Assembly (NCBI GenBank): GCA_964016885.1
Contig: OZ024746.1
Location: 25,048,001 to 25,112,000, forward strand
Length of the DNA: 64,000 bases
Direction of reading: 5' to 3'
Origin: Eledone cirrhosa
Taxonomy: Eukaryota
This document shows, piece by piece, positions 31,391 through 43,405 of this stretch. The notes under the pieces are model-generated. The model worked only from the letters and a program-made list of their open reading frames with translations, had not been told where the DNA came from and did no database searches. A program made the position numbers and the translations under genes. Each line of letters starts with the position of its first letter. Within the stretch, counting starts at the first letter, position 1.

Positions 31391-31987
31391 ATTAAGTTAA
31401 AAATGTACATCCACATATGTATACTGAAATACTAGTATGCATATGAATACACACACGTGTACATATGTAGATGTACCGAGTTTTTCACTGGACACTTTAC
31501 TGTGAGTGTCCAGCTATTCTGTATGTAAACACACAGACAAACCGGTTTTTAGAGTCATACTGGTTTTCGAGGAAACACCTTTCCTCTATTCTCCAGAAAG
31601 CCAGACAAGGAATACCGGTATGTACTCACGCTCTATGCAAATTAGTCTGCCCACTACTAATTTTCATAGAAAAAGCATATAACGATATGTGCTTTTACGA
31701 TTCTCTAGAAAGGCCGGAAGATAGGTAAATATTGCTGATGAGATGTAACAACATCGAAACTAGTCCAGTATTCCTTGTCTGGCTTTCTGGAGAATAGAGG
31801 AAAGGTGTTTCTTCGAAAACCAGTATGACTCTAAAAACCGGTTTATCTGTGTGTTTACATTCAGAATAGCTGGACACTCACAGTAAAGTGTCCAGTGAAA
31901 AACTCGGTACATCTACATATGTACACGTGTGTGTATTCATATGCATACTAGTATTTCAGTATACATATGTGGATGTACATTTTTAAC

Positions 31988-31992
<5 letters not shown>
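31391..31992. mobile_element. 228-bp inverted repeat with a hammerhead in the spacer (inverted pseudo-LTR structure)
   Basis: Arms 31391-31618 and 31765-31992 with about 4 mismatches by eye; the right end abuts (TA)n. Confidence 0.85.
31728..31772 (+). ncRNA. Minimal type I hammerhead ribozyme, family B
   Basis: aatattg-CTGATGA-gatgt aaca acatc-GAAAC ta GTC-cagtatt: 7-bp stem I, 5-bp stem II, palindromic ACTAGT stem III; cleavage predicted after C31765. Confidence 0.88.
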
Positions 31993-32016
<24 letters not shown>

Positions 32017-32021
<5 letters not shown>

Positions 32022-32074
32022 TGAGATTCTACAGGACTAGAACTGTTTCATTCATTAGAAATCATCAGGAATCC
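32017..32074 (-). ncRNA. Type I hammerhead motif, family A (inverted partner copy)
   Basis: Reverse complement of the adjacent plus-strand copy; stem I ggattc/gaatct retained. Confidence 0.7.
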
Positions 32075-32075
32075 T

Positions 32076-32134
32076 GATGGGATTCCTGATGATTTCTAAT
32101 GAATGAAACAGTTCTAGTCCTGTAGAATCTCATC
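32076..32134 (+). ncRNA. Type I hammerhead ribozyme motif, family A
   Basis: gatgggattc-CTGATGA-t ttc taat gaa t-GAA ACAG ttctagtc CTGT A-gaatctcatc; 10-bp stem I; family tail continues to ~32210. Confidence 0.82.
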
Positions 32135-32391
32135 TATATTAAAACTGTTATACTCTGCTATGTATTGAGTACCTTACTTACTGTGGTTACCTCCGATTCA
32201 ACCCGGAATAACGTATATATATATATATATGTAGATAAATATAATAATAAATATATATATGTAGATAAATCTACCAAAATATACGGTAGTGTCCAATCCG
32301 TATGAAGAACTCAATGTAATACAAATATCATGAAAAGAGAAGATGTATTCAAACATTTTTTAGATGAAAATCACAGGAAAACCGAGTCAAG

Positions 32392-32502
32392 ATAAATTAA
32401 TAAAAACAATGAATAAAAACAAAGAAACAGTTCCTTATATTAAAAAAATTTTAATATAAGGAACTGTTTCTTTGTTTTTATTCATTGTTTTTATTAATTT
32501 AT
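32392..32502. repeat. Perfect palindrome, 54-bp arms with a 3-nt loop
   Basis: ataaattaataaaaacaatg...ccttatattaaaa aaa ttttaatataagg...ttattaatttat, followed by (TA)n. Confidence 0.92.
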
Positions 32503-33625
32503 ATATATATATATATATTTATATATAGTATAATTAAAAGTAAACATGTATGCACGATTTTAAGTTTCGAGGTCCAGTTATAGCCGCCACTGTATAGTGG
32601 AGCAGCCGTTTCAATACTGGCCCCCAGTGTGGTATATTAAGTGTATGAAATTTTAATTATATTAAATAAGCTTTCTTCTAATAGACTGAGCATTGTTTTC
32701 CTTAGCCTTTTGTCTACGGATATCCTTCACACACAAATACACATCGTCAGTTATGATGAGTATTGCAGTTCCTGCTTCTGAAATTAACGTGTAAGTGGCT
32801 GAGCATTCCAAAGACACGTGTATCCTTAACGTAATTCTCAGGAAGATTCAGCCTAACACCGGCCCTTTGACTTACAGATACAGTCCATCCGACGAGCTTC
32901 CAAAGAGTTTCCGTCTACCTAGTTTCATTCAAAACATGAGTCGACTTGGGATCTTGGTGAATGACACTTGCTCGAGATCCCATGCAATGCGATTGAACTC
33001 GCGACCCAATGATTGGGAAGATAACTTAACCATACGGCCATGCTGTGTCCATATACACGCGCGCGCACCTCCTATTGAAGCGGCTTATTGCGATCGTTTT
33101 TGACCGGAATCTCTTAAACGACAATACACGACTGATAACATTAAGCAGACGGTATAGTAATACCCGGTGTTTGGAATCACTAATGTTGATAACAATAAGC
33201 GTTTGATAATATTATAATGAGCGGCTTCATCATCATATTCTTTTTTTTTTAACTGGTTAGTCATTGGACAGCGGCCATGCTGGGGCACCGCCTTTAAAAG
33301 TTTAGTGTGCAGGACCATATTTAGACGGGGGGGGGGGGGGTCCAAGGCCCAGTTTGACAAGGAGTGCCAAGGGCATTCGGTTCCACCGATAAATCCAGCA
33401 GTGTGTGTGTACATGATGTACTTATAAGTCACAAAACAGAATAAAATAACTACAACTAGAAGGGAGTGGAGAACTGCAAGATCGTGCGAAATGCTACAAA
33501 TAGCAGCCAAATATCGCTGAAATCATGCCCTACTGACCTTAGAAAAAAAGAAGAAACATTAAATTTAAGAAATAGGGAAATAGAGATATCTTCATATCGT
33601 CTGCTAGAGCAAGAATTATCATAAT

Positions 33626-33804
33626 TTTTTCTACTTTTGGCACAAGGCCAGCAAAACCCAGTTCATTACTGGTACTTTATTTTATCGACCCGATAAGGAT
33701 GAAAGGCAAAGTTAACCTAGACGGGATTTGAACTCAGACCGTAAAGGGACGTAACTATGCTGGAAAGCATGGCATCCGATCCTCTACCGATACTGCCAAT
33801 TCAC
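33626..33804 (-). mobile_element. tRNA-derived SINE
   Basis: Same family as 1440; TSD cataat at 33620-25 and 33805-10; absent from the inverted paralogous site near 34890. Confidence 0.88.
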
Positions 33805-33902
33805 CATAATGGAACTAAAAGGGTCAAATGCAATATAGATATAACGGATCTTGACCGAGGTTTTCGATTGGAAGAATTATTCACGCTTTATTATTTTAAT
33901 AA

Positions 33903-34004
33903 TCCCGCCGAGGTTAACTTTGCCTTTCATCCTTACGGGGTCGATAAAATAAAGTACCAGTAATGCACTGAGTAATTGCTGCCCTTGTGCCTAAAGTAGA
34001 AACA
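33903..34004 (+). mobile_element. 5'-truncated tRNA-derived SINE
   Basis: Starts inside the B box; 13-bp TSD attattttaataa at 33890-33902 and 34005-34017. Confidence 0.88.
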
Positions 34005-34435
34005 ATTATTTTAATAAAAATAATATTTATGTTTGTTTCTGCGGTCATTCGTGATGTCAGCGGAGCAAGATAGTTCAAATTGGGAAAGGAAATCTCTGTT
34101 ACTGATTTCGACCACAGTATTATTTTTATCAAAGTCTGGCATTTATTTTTTCGCTCTTTTAAATCGAACAGCTATATTACGGGATATAGATATAAACCTA
34201 ATGATAGGGAAAGTAACTTCTTAGTCATACGGCCATGTTCTGTCCATACACACATATGCGCACACTCGGGTTAAGTCGCTTATTGCGATCGTCTTGGACG
34301 GGAATCTTTGTGTACTGTAACTAAGAAAAATACAGTGTGATCAAATCTGGAAGTCCTTTGATATGAGCCTTACTGGATTAGGGCTGATCTGGGATTAAAC
34401 AACAAAAACATTATAGGATCGTAAACATTCTATTT

Positions 34436-34585
34436 AGTGTTCAAATTCCGCCGAGGTCAACTTTGCTTCTCATCCTTCAGGGTCGATAAAAGAAAGTACT
34501 AGTCAAGTATTATGGTTGATTTAATCGATTTCCTCATGCCCCTAAATTCTGGTCTTATGACAATGTTAGAAAGAATTATTATTAT
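34436..34585 (+). mobile_element. Older related SINE fragment (others near 36445-36590, 40050-40190, 56245-56440, 58020-58145, 58510-58630)
   Basis: gttcaaattccgccgaggtcaactttgc..tcatcc..gggtcgataaa, with an (ATT)n tail. Confidence 0.7.
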
Positions 34586-35246
34586 AGAAATGCTTCGTGT
34601 GTGTGTTTATCTATATCCCGTAACATAGCAGTTCGACAAAAAAGAGAGAAAGATAAAATAAGTACCAGGCTTTAATAAAAAAAATAATACTGTGGTTGAA
34701 ATCAGTAACTGGGAGATTTCCTTTCTCAATTGGAACCATCTTGCTCCGCTGACATCAGGAATGACCGCAGAAACAAAGCATAAATATTCTTTTTATTAAA
34801 ATAATAAAGCGTGAATAATTCTTCCAATTGAAAACCTCGATCAAGATCCGTTATATCTATACTGCATTCCTTGACCTTTTTAGTTCCGTTATGATAATTA
34901 TTGCTGTAGCATATGATATGAAGATATGACTATTTTCCCTATTTGTTTTTAATGGACTGTTCTGCACACATAAACGCGCGCGTATAAAGAAGGTAGATCC
35001 GTAAGACTTTGTATAGTGGGAGAGGAGAAAGAAAATAAGGGAGTGAGATGAGGATGTTGAGAATTAGATTTCTAGAGGAGTGTGTGTATATATATATATA
35101 TATATAAGCAGAAGGGATATTCAATTTGTTGGTAATTCAACAAATATAAATGTTTATAACTGATTCAGAGCACTCGACAAGTTTTCTGGAGTATAATATA
35201 CAATGATATTAAATAAATAGAAACTATATTTATAAAACCATATTTA

Positions 35247-35303
35247 TTCTATTATATATATTTCAAGGATACCAACATTTTGGTACACTTTCATCAGATA
35301 AAA
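35247..35303 (-). ncRNA. Type I hammerhead ribozyme motif, family C (AT-rich)
   Basis: Minus strand: ttttat-CTGATGA-aagtgtaccaa aatg ttggtatcctt-GAAAT atat ATA-atagaa; all three stems can form. Confidence 0.7.
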
Positions 35304-35379
35304 TACGAAGTGTGTTTTATAAATTTTGACATAACCAAGGAGAATATACCTTAACGGTTCAAGTTTTCCTTGGATAGAC

Positions 35380-36240
35380 TATCTAGAGAGAGAGGAATGC
35401 AAAACAGATAGACAAATAGATATAGAAAGAGAGAGTGAAATAGTATGAATATATTGAGAAATACGCGGAGAAAGAGAATGTGAGTGTGTGTTGATATATA
35501 GAGAAATACGAGGAGGGAGAGTGAGATGACAGGCAGTATGACTACACCGAGAAATGCTCAACAGGTAGAGAGATACATATAGAAAGAGAAATGAGAGTGA
35601 AATAGTATGAGTATATTGAGAAATACGGGAAGTGAGAGAGAGCGGAGAGAGTATGAATCAATAGAGATATACGCAACAGGTAAATATATATATATAGAGA
35701 GAGAGAGAGAAGGGGAAAGAAAGTGAAGTGAGAAAGATAGTATGAATGAACAGAGAAATACGCAACGGGTAGTGAGGTACAGAAAGTGACGGAGAGAGAG
35801 GAGTGAGAATGAAAGTATGAATATATAGAGAAATACTAGTGAGAAAAAGAAAGGGTGTTGAAGAAAAAGTAAATGACAAAAGGAGAGAAGGGAAGAAATA
35901 AGTAACGGGGAAAGATTAAGAAATAGGAAACCCGGGTGAATAAAGGAGACAACTAGAGAGAAGAAAAAATTAAGAAGATAGAGGAGAGAATAAGGTAGAT
36001 AGATAGAGAGGAATGAAAATAAGGTAGAGAAAAAGAGATGAAAAGGAGAGAGAGTGAGGTAGAGAGAGAGGATAAGGTTCATAGAAAGAAGGGAAAACAG
36101 AATGAGGTAGATAGATAGAAAAAGAGAATAAAGTAGAGAGAAAGATTGAGGTAGATATATACAAAATATAAGGTAGAGAGAGAGAGAGTGGGAGTAAATA
36201 GAGAAGGAAAAGTGAAGTAGATAAAGAGGAGGGAAAAGAA
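35380..36240. repeat. GA-rich low-complexity tract
   Basis: Purine-rich degenerate repeats with a recurring gagaaatacg motif. Confidence 0.85.
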
Positions 36241-36742
36241 AAATGCCCGAGAGTATTTGAAGTATTTGAAATATAGGGCCTTTAACTCCTGATTGAGTCA
36301 TAGGGTCAATGTCTTGATACATTGTGTGTCTTTGACAATATAAACATGGCAGAGCCCATTCTTCTTCAGGTTGGAACACTGCTGATTTCTTCCAGAGAAA
36401 GAGTGAGAAAGAGAAAATAATAAATAGATATAGAGGAAGACTCCACCTCAGTACTGGACTGGCACTTTATTAATCAACCTTGAAAGAATGAAATGTAAAG
36501 TTGACTTCAGCAGGATTTGAACTCAGAGTGCAGTGCGCCCAAATAAATACCAAGGCATTTTTAATCCAATGCCCTAATGACTCTACCAATTAACTCCCTA
36601 CCAACAGATAAAAAAAGAAAAAATCTATTTCAGAACATTTTTGACGATGACACCAAACAGCCATTATGATAGGATGGCAGTGTCACAGAAATACAAAAGT
36701 AAAATTCAAAGAGAAAATTATAAATCTGCAATATATATTTAA

Positions 36743-36952
36743 CCCTTTAGCATTTATATTACTCTATATATATATACGTAATATTTTTTGGTAAAAGCTT
36801 TATCTTACATAAAATTAAATCTATGAGATTTTGATGTTATTTATTTTGAGAACAATACCTTAACATAAGTATGAGTCGCTAGTTACAGCCAGTTTGAACA
36901 GAAAGAGTTGAGAGAATTCTGGCCGGATATGGCCGATTTAAATGCTAAAGGG
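36743..36952. mobile_element. piggyBac-type MITE
   Basis: TTAA at 36739-42 and 36953-56; perfect 14-bp TIR CCCTTTAGCATTTA / TAAATGCTAAAGGG. Confidence 0.85.
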
Positions 36953-38014
36953 TTAAAAGAATGTTAATCTGTCTTAACTTCCAGTAATGCATGCTCAATG
37001 ATAACTGATATGGACCAAAACCAATTATAAATTTATCTATTTACCTTTCTACCTCATCATCTGCCTATCTATCTAACTATCTGACTATTTTGTTTACTGA
37101 CAAATATAATATATCTATTTATCTAAATTTATTTATCAAAAATAATGAGCAACATCATTTGCAACCATGGAACAAAATAAAAAAAACATGTATACAAAAC
37201 ACAACCAACACAAATATATATTTTAAACATACACACACAAGGACTTGCACATAGTAAACATAAACATAGAGGTTAGAATACATGTTGGGCTGGAGAACAG
37301 TTATATAATACATTGGTAGGGGACAAGGACATTATACAATAGACTGATTAATTTAATAAAATATGAAATAAATATAAAATTATTATAAAACACAATAATT
37401 AAAAATCACGTAAACCCAGGTGATGATAACGTGAAACTCTAGGACAGCAAAATGTTGATGAAAATATCAAAATATTTTCGAGCTTGGAGAGACAGCTCAG
37501 AAAAAAATAGATATCAACAAAAGAAAGTATGTTATAAACTATCAAACATCTGGAAGAAGATTATTAAAATTAGACTCTTTTTACCAATGTTGAATTTATT
37601 TTGTTACATTGCTGTAAGACATAGACAGTGATATAGAGGTTTGAAAATCAGGTAGTAGAATGTCCCCCTAAATGTTATGAATGGTTCTTAACATCACATG
37701 GTGGAGCCACACCACCAATACAGAACTTAATGGCGGTCTGCCAAAGTTAACTGAAAAGATAGCTCAGTAAAGAGTGTGATTGGCAGGTTACTGTGTGAGA
37801 CATCCTGAAGAAATGACCTCAAATCTGGTGCTATGACAACCAATACATTGGTGGATTTCAATTATTGGAGAGAGATAAACCATTAACTTTATTGACATAC
37901 TTCAAAAAGACACTGGACTGAAGATTATCAGAAACATGAACAGTGATGGTGGAGTGAGACATCTTGTATTAGTTGGTTTCCTTGGTTCATTTGGAAGATC
38001 AGTGGATATTCATC

Positions 38015-38940
38015 ATCACCACCATCATCATCATCACCGTTTTACGTCCGTTCTTCCACGCTAGCATGGGTTAGACGGGTTGTCCTGTTGTGGGCAGTGT
38101 CTGGTCGGCTGACCATGCCTTGCTCATACAGGAACTGATTTGGCTTGGTTTCTACAGCTGGATGCCCTTCCTAACACCAACCTCATTTACAGTGAGTGCT
38201 GGGTACTTTTTTCCGTGGCGCCTACACGTGTATATATATATATATATATAATCATCATCATCATCATCATCATTGTTTAACGTCTATCTTCCACACTAGC
38301 ATGGGTTAGACGGGTTTGTCCCATTTAGAGGCAAGTTGGGTTTGGTGACCGTCTGTCACTCATATAGGACTGCTTCTGGCTGGTTTTCTACGGCTGGATG
38401 CCCTTCCTAGCGGCAACCACATTTACAGTGTGTGCTGGGTGCTTTTTGCCGTGTCTATTACACGACCAATTTACAGTGTGGGCTGAGTGCTTTTTGTCGT
38501 GACACCTACACAACCACTTTACAATGTGGGATGGATGTTTTGTGGTATCAACATAACATACATATATCATGATAATGATATATATATATATATACTTGTG
38601 CGTATATACATATATCATCATTATCACCACCGTTTTATGTCCATTTTCCACACCAGCATGAGTTAGACGAGTTGTCCTGTTGTGGGCAATGCTAGGTCAG
38701 GTGACTATATCTTGCTCATACTGGACTGATTCTGGCTTGGTTTCTACAGCTGGATGCCTTCCTAACACCAACCTCGTTTACAGTGAGTACTAGGTCCTTT
38801 TTGTCGTGATGCCTACACAACCACTTTACAGTGTGGACTGGGTGCTTTTGTCATGACACCTACACGATCACTTTACAGTGTGGGCTGGGCACTTTTTGCC
38901 ATGTCACCATCACAACCACTTTATAGTGTGGGCTGGGGCA
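38015..38940 (-). mobile_element. Three tandem copies of the RTE-tail SINE-like repeat
   Basis: Each starts with (CAT)n and gtttaacgtc..ttccacactagcatgggttagacggg, and carries ggatgcccttcctaacaccaacc; copies are separated by (TA)n. Confidence 0.8.
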
Positions 38941-40750
38941 TACTGTATATACGCTTCAGCATACACTTATGAAACTTTGTTTATACTAAATAAGTTCTCT
39001 TGAAACAGATTGAGCACTGTTTTCCACTGTTTTCCCTTTTCAGATTTCCACACACACAAACACACATATACTTGCTTGGTAAAGAGGGTGATTTTGGACA
39101 CTCTGTGGAATGAAAAACAAAACCCCTCAAAGGGCGGAGGAACTCAAGAGAGTCAACAGCGATCCTATAAAGAAAAACATTTTTTTAGGGGTGTAGTGGA
39201 ATAAGGGACTCCTAGTCTTCATTACGACATCTCTCTAGGAGAAGGTCACTCTGATATAAAAACCTGCAACTTCATTTGCACCCAATGGTGTAAACCAGTT
39301 CTACTTTTTGGGTAAATGCATTTGATGTTCAGAGAGTAAAACTGGCTCTATGCAAAGCCTTTCCTTACTTAAAAAAAGCTTCAAGCACTGGCATCACTTG
39401 TTATGTGACAGCTTTTGTGTTGCATAGCATGGCTGGCCGTAGGCAAGTCCCTAGCTTAAAGGCACAGTTCCTCTGATATCTTGACCTTGTATTGTCTATG
39501 TCACATATGATGACAGCTCAATGAAGGCTGACCTGGTCATAAACAACATCAACTTGAATCTAAACAGCTAAAAGCTACAGGTTTGCCTGGTCATATCTCA
39601 TGTCTGTTCATCAATCTATATTTCTAAATCAATACATGAATTGCCCTGCTGCAGCTAGCTGCTTAAACAAAGAAGAATGATACACAGTAGATATTGATAA
39701 TGTCAGTGCTGATTGTGAATTATTGTAATGGTCATCTATATTATTTATTGTAGATTAATCCAATAGTTTATCCTGTTATATAGTGATGACATCATAGTGT
39801 CATATGACAAAGTCAGACAGCATAGCTAGATAGTAAGCCAGATAGATAACCAGATAGTTAGATAGTAGTGAGCTGGCTAGTAAGTTAGCTGGCTATATTC
39901 ATTAGTTAGTTAACTTCTCATGTCATAACATGTTTGTTTCTTTTAACCCTTTTGATACCAAAACATCTGAAACTGTTTCTGCAATACAAAACTGATTTAA
40001 ATTTAACTCAGAACATAAACAACCAAAACAATCACCAGTTCAGCACCCCTCAATTGGTGCTTTATTTTATTGACTCCAAAAGGTCAGAAGGCAAAGTTGG
40101 CATCGGTGGGATTTAAACTCAGAATGCAGAGAGCCACAACAAATACCATAAAGCCTTTTATTCTATACACAAATAGTTCTGCCAATTTGCCACTTGTGTA
40201 TGTAATGTTACTTGGTTGTTGATAGGAAGGATATCCAACTGTAGAAAGCAAGCCAAAATACAGATCTGTATGAGTAAGACGTGGTCTCCTGACCTGATTT
40301 GTCCCATCTAACCCATGCAAGTGTGGAAAAACAGACATTAAATGATGATGATGACGACATTACAATAAATCATTTCATTGGCTATTTCTGTGTCATAGAG
40401 TTTATTTCACCAGAGACATCCAGCATTAACATTAGATATTTGATATTTCTGATATGTTTGTTGATTTTCAAAAAAAAGAAAAAGAAAAACAATTATCTCT
40501 TTCAAGATTAAGGCCATTTTTTCAGTTAGAGCAAGGGTTGTTAGGTTTATGGGCCTTTTTGAGACAATATTTTTGGAAAAAAAACCATATCTGAATGAGT
40601 AATTGAATTAAATGTAGTGTAAAAGTGGTCTCTGCCATAAGTGTGACTGAAGTAAGTAGTTAATATATGAGTAATTACTATATAATATCCAAGAGTAGGT
40701 TAACACCACCAGATGATGTAGCTGAAATAATTTAACCATTCAACTATGTA

Positions 40751-40944
40751 CAAGGGTTGGCTGAAAAGTTCATAGACTGACCAAAATACCCTCATGCAAT
40801 GACCAAATGAGGTTTATTTTTCAACATTGTCCCTGAATACAGTGCAGGTATTAATAAGAAGAGTTAAAATTAATGCATGCAAGATTTTAAAGCTCTAGCA
40901 TCACTCCTTCATAGTCAGCCCATGAACTTTTCAGCCTACCCTTA
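40751..40944. mobile_element. Tc1/mariner-type MITE
   Basis: TA flanks; TIR caagggttggctgaaaagttcat / atgaacttttcagcctaccctta; one-ended copy at ~63446-63550. Confidence 0.8.
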
Positions 40945-42114
40945 TACTTAACTGTGACATTTTATCTAACAGACATGGTTGTGTGGTTAAGGAGGTTTGC
41001 TTTGCAACCATGTGGTTTCAGGTTCAGTCCTACTGCATGGTACCTTAATACAAAGTTTGATGAGATATGATGCTTGTGAATAGCTTTTGGTGCCTTTTTA
41101 AAAAATTGATTCCCATTATTTTTGGCTGATTTCTAGTACATTTCATTTTTTGAGCTTTGGAAGGAAAGTAAACTTTGGGAAAACTACCTTGATTGACCTG
41201 ACCACCCATCAATATACACCTTGAAGTATTTTTTCTGCTTTTCAATCCCCTGAATGTATAACATATTGCAGAAGAATGAAGCCTCATTTGCCAATCACAT
41301 TAATGATATTTTATAGTCAAGAGGTCAATGTCAAAGAATTTTTAGGTTTAAAAGATTTCCATATTGTCCCACATTGATCTTTGGGGCTCTGAACTACTCC
41401 CAAAAGCAGGAATTTCCATTTTAAGCCATTTTCAGGGGATACAAATAGATTCTTACATCAGTTTAAAATACTTTATGTCTACTTTTCTAGGCTCACCTCC
41501 AGGTGTACTTTTAGAATATGTATTGTTTTATATGGTTTCAATTTCATAATAAGCAATCATCATGGTTCAAAAATTAAAAAGGTCTGTGCATTTTTCCACT
41601 TTTTCCACTTTTTAACCTCCTTCGTGCACTTACAATCAGGCCTTTGGGTAACTGAATTAAAGAGTTCTGTCAAGTTTTGAAGCGATACTGCATGATTAGA
41701 AAAGATGGGGTGCTCAACAGTTGTTGATATTCAGTATCAGCCACCTAAACTTTTTTTCAAAAATAGCCCTCAAACCTGGATTTTTCAAATTTTCGGTTAA
41801 TGTTTTTTTTTAAATGACCAGCTTAAAGCAATTGGATTTTAGTGCCTGAGGGACTTCAGACAGTGGAATTTAAAGAAATCAAGTTCCAAAGGCATGGGAT
41901 AAAAGTCACTTTGGAGTAATAGATATCTAAAAATCAAATAAATTTGATATTTTCAAAATTTCAGAAATTTCCCAAATCTTTAAATGGCCATAAAATCTGA
42001 TTGATAAGCGATTGAAGAAAATCTGAAGACCTCCGGGACAGATCCCTGTTGAATTTCATTGGAATGACCCTTTACATATAGTCCATATATATATATATAT
42101 ATGTCAGAATGGAG

Positions 42115-42302
42115 GCGGTAAAAAAACAGTTAGACCATAACTCACCTGAGTACTTGATACTTGGGGTAGTAGAGTGGGTAATATGAAAAATTGGGGACCC
42201 GACAGCTGAACTCCTGCCACTTCAACAACTAGATCTGAACAGAGTTTGGATCTAGCTGTCGAAATGGCAGGAGCTCAGCTGTCGAAGTCCCAAATTTTTT
42301 AT
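42115..42302 (-). mobile_element. Decayed pseudo-LTR of family D with an inverted partial copy
   Basis: Homologous to 52260-52385 (gaccataac..tacttggggtagtagagtgggtaata..gaccc gac.gctga); forms an imperfect hairpin holding only the 3' half of the hammerhead; flanked by (TA)n. Confidence 0.65.
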
Positions 42303-42969
42303 ATATATATATATATGGAGGTGTATATAAAGACATATATAAACATATATTATACATTTATATACAATAAACATATGGGTATATTTTTCGTAATGAAAAC
42401 ATTTCATTTTTCTCTATTTCTCTTTGAGAATATATCAGTGTTGCTAGTACATTTTGAGAATGTCAGACAGTGCTGTTTCAAGATTTGACACTTACTCAAC
42501 CCATACTGGCATGAAATAGACTGGAGTCTATATAGAATTTTGCATGATGATCATTTGCTGGTGATGTTCATTTGCATATAGGAAATAGAAAACATCAGCT
42601 GTAAATGCTCATTTGCATATAATGTGAACTTGGCTGGTTATATTTAATTGGCAGTAGCAATATCTATCTATTTACCAACCTGTCTATCTGTCAGCTATCT
42701 GTAGACAGCTGTTTATGTATAACAACAACAAGGCACAAATCTCAGTAGCAGTCCAAAGATAGATAGATCTATACATAGGAAGAACAAAGTCATCTTAATA
42801 TAATGGATATATGTTTGATAATGATTAAAGGAAACTGTGTGAACTGTAACAACAACAGCAACCATTAGCTGGGTATTTCTACACACTCTCAGTGTTTCCA
42901 TCCTTTGCAATTTATCCTTCTCTATAAATTTACAGACATTGTACACCCATCAGACCCTACTCTCCTAAC

Positions 42970-43333
42970 TAAGGATGATGATGCTGTTGAAGGCAATGGT
43001 GATGGTGATGAGGATGGTGATGATAGTGATGGTGATGAGAATGATGAAGGTGATGATGGTAAGGATGGTGATGAAGATAAGGTTGGTAATGATGAGAATG
43101 TTGATGACAATGAGGATGATGATGATAATTATGGTGTTGGTGATAGTGATGAGGATGGTGATGATGGTAGTGATGGTGATCATAGTAGAGATGGTGATGA
43201 TGAGTACAGTGATGATAAGGGGGATGGTGATGAGGATGATGATGACGATAAGGATGGTGATGGTGACGATGAGTGATGATGATGGTGGTGAGAATGGTGG
43301 TGATGATGGTGGTGAAAATGATGGTGGCGGTGA

Positions 43334-43365
<32 letters not shown>

Positions 43366-43405
43366 ATGGTGGTGGTGGTGGTGGTGGTGGTGGTAGTGGT
43401 GGTAA
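42970..43405. repeat. (GAT/GGT)n degenerate trinucleotide tract
   Basis: Directly visible. Confidence 0.92.

Noticed and set aside
36240-36390. Non-repetitive start of the 273-aa ORF (FQPEEEWALPCLYCQRH..)
   Set aside because: No convincing splice sites or recognisable motif, and the rest of the ORF is a CT-rich repeat.
37915-37945. CTGAAGA..GAAAC hammerhead-like spacing
   Set aside because: No stem II, no valid NUH triplet and no stem I pairing.
41045-42072. Possible DNA transposon relic ending in ggaatgaccc
   Set aside because: No matching second TIR, TSD or transposase motif found by eye.
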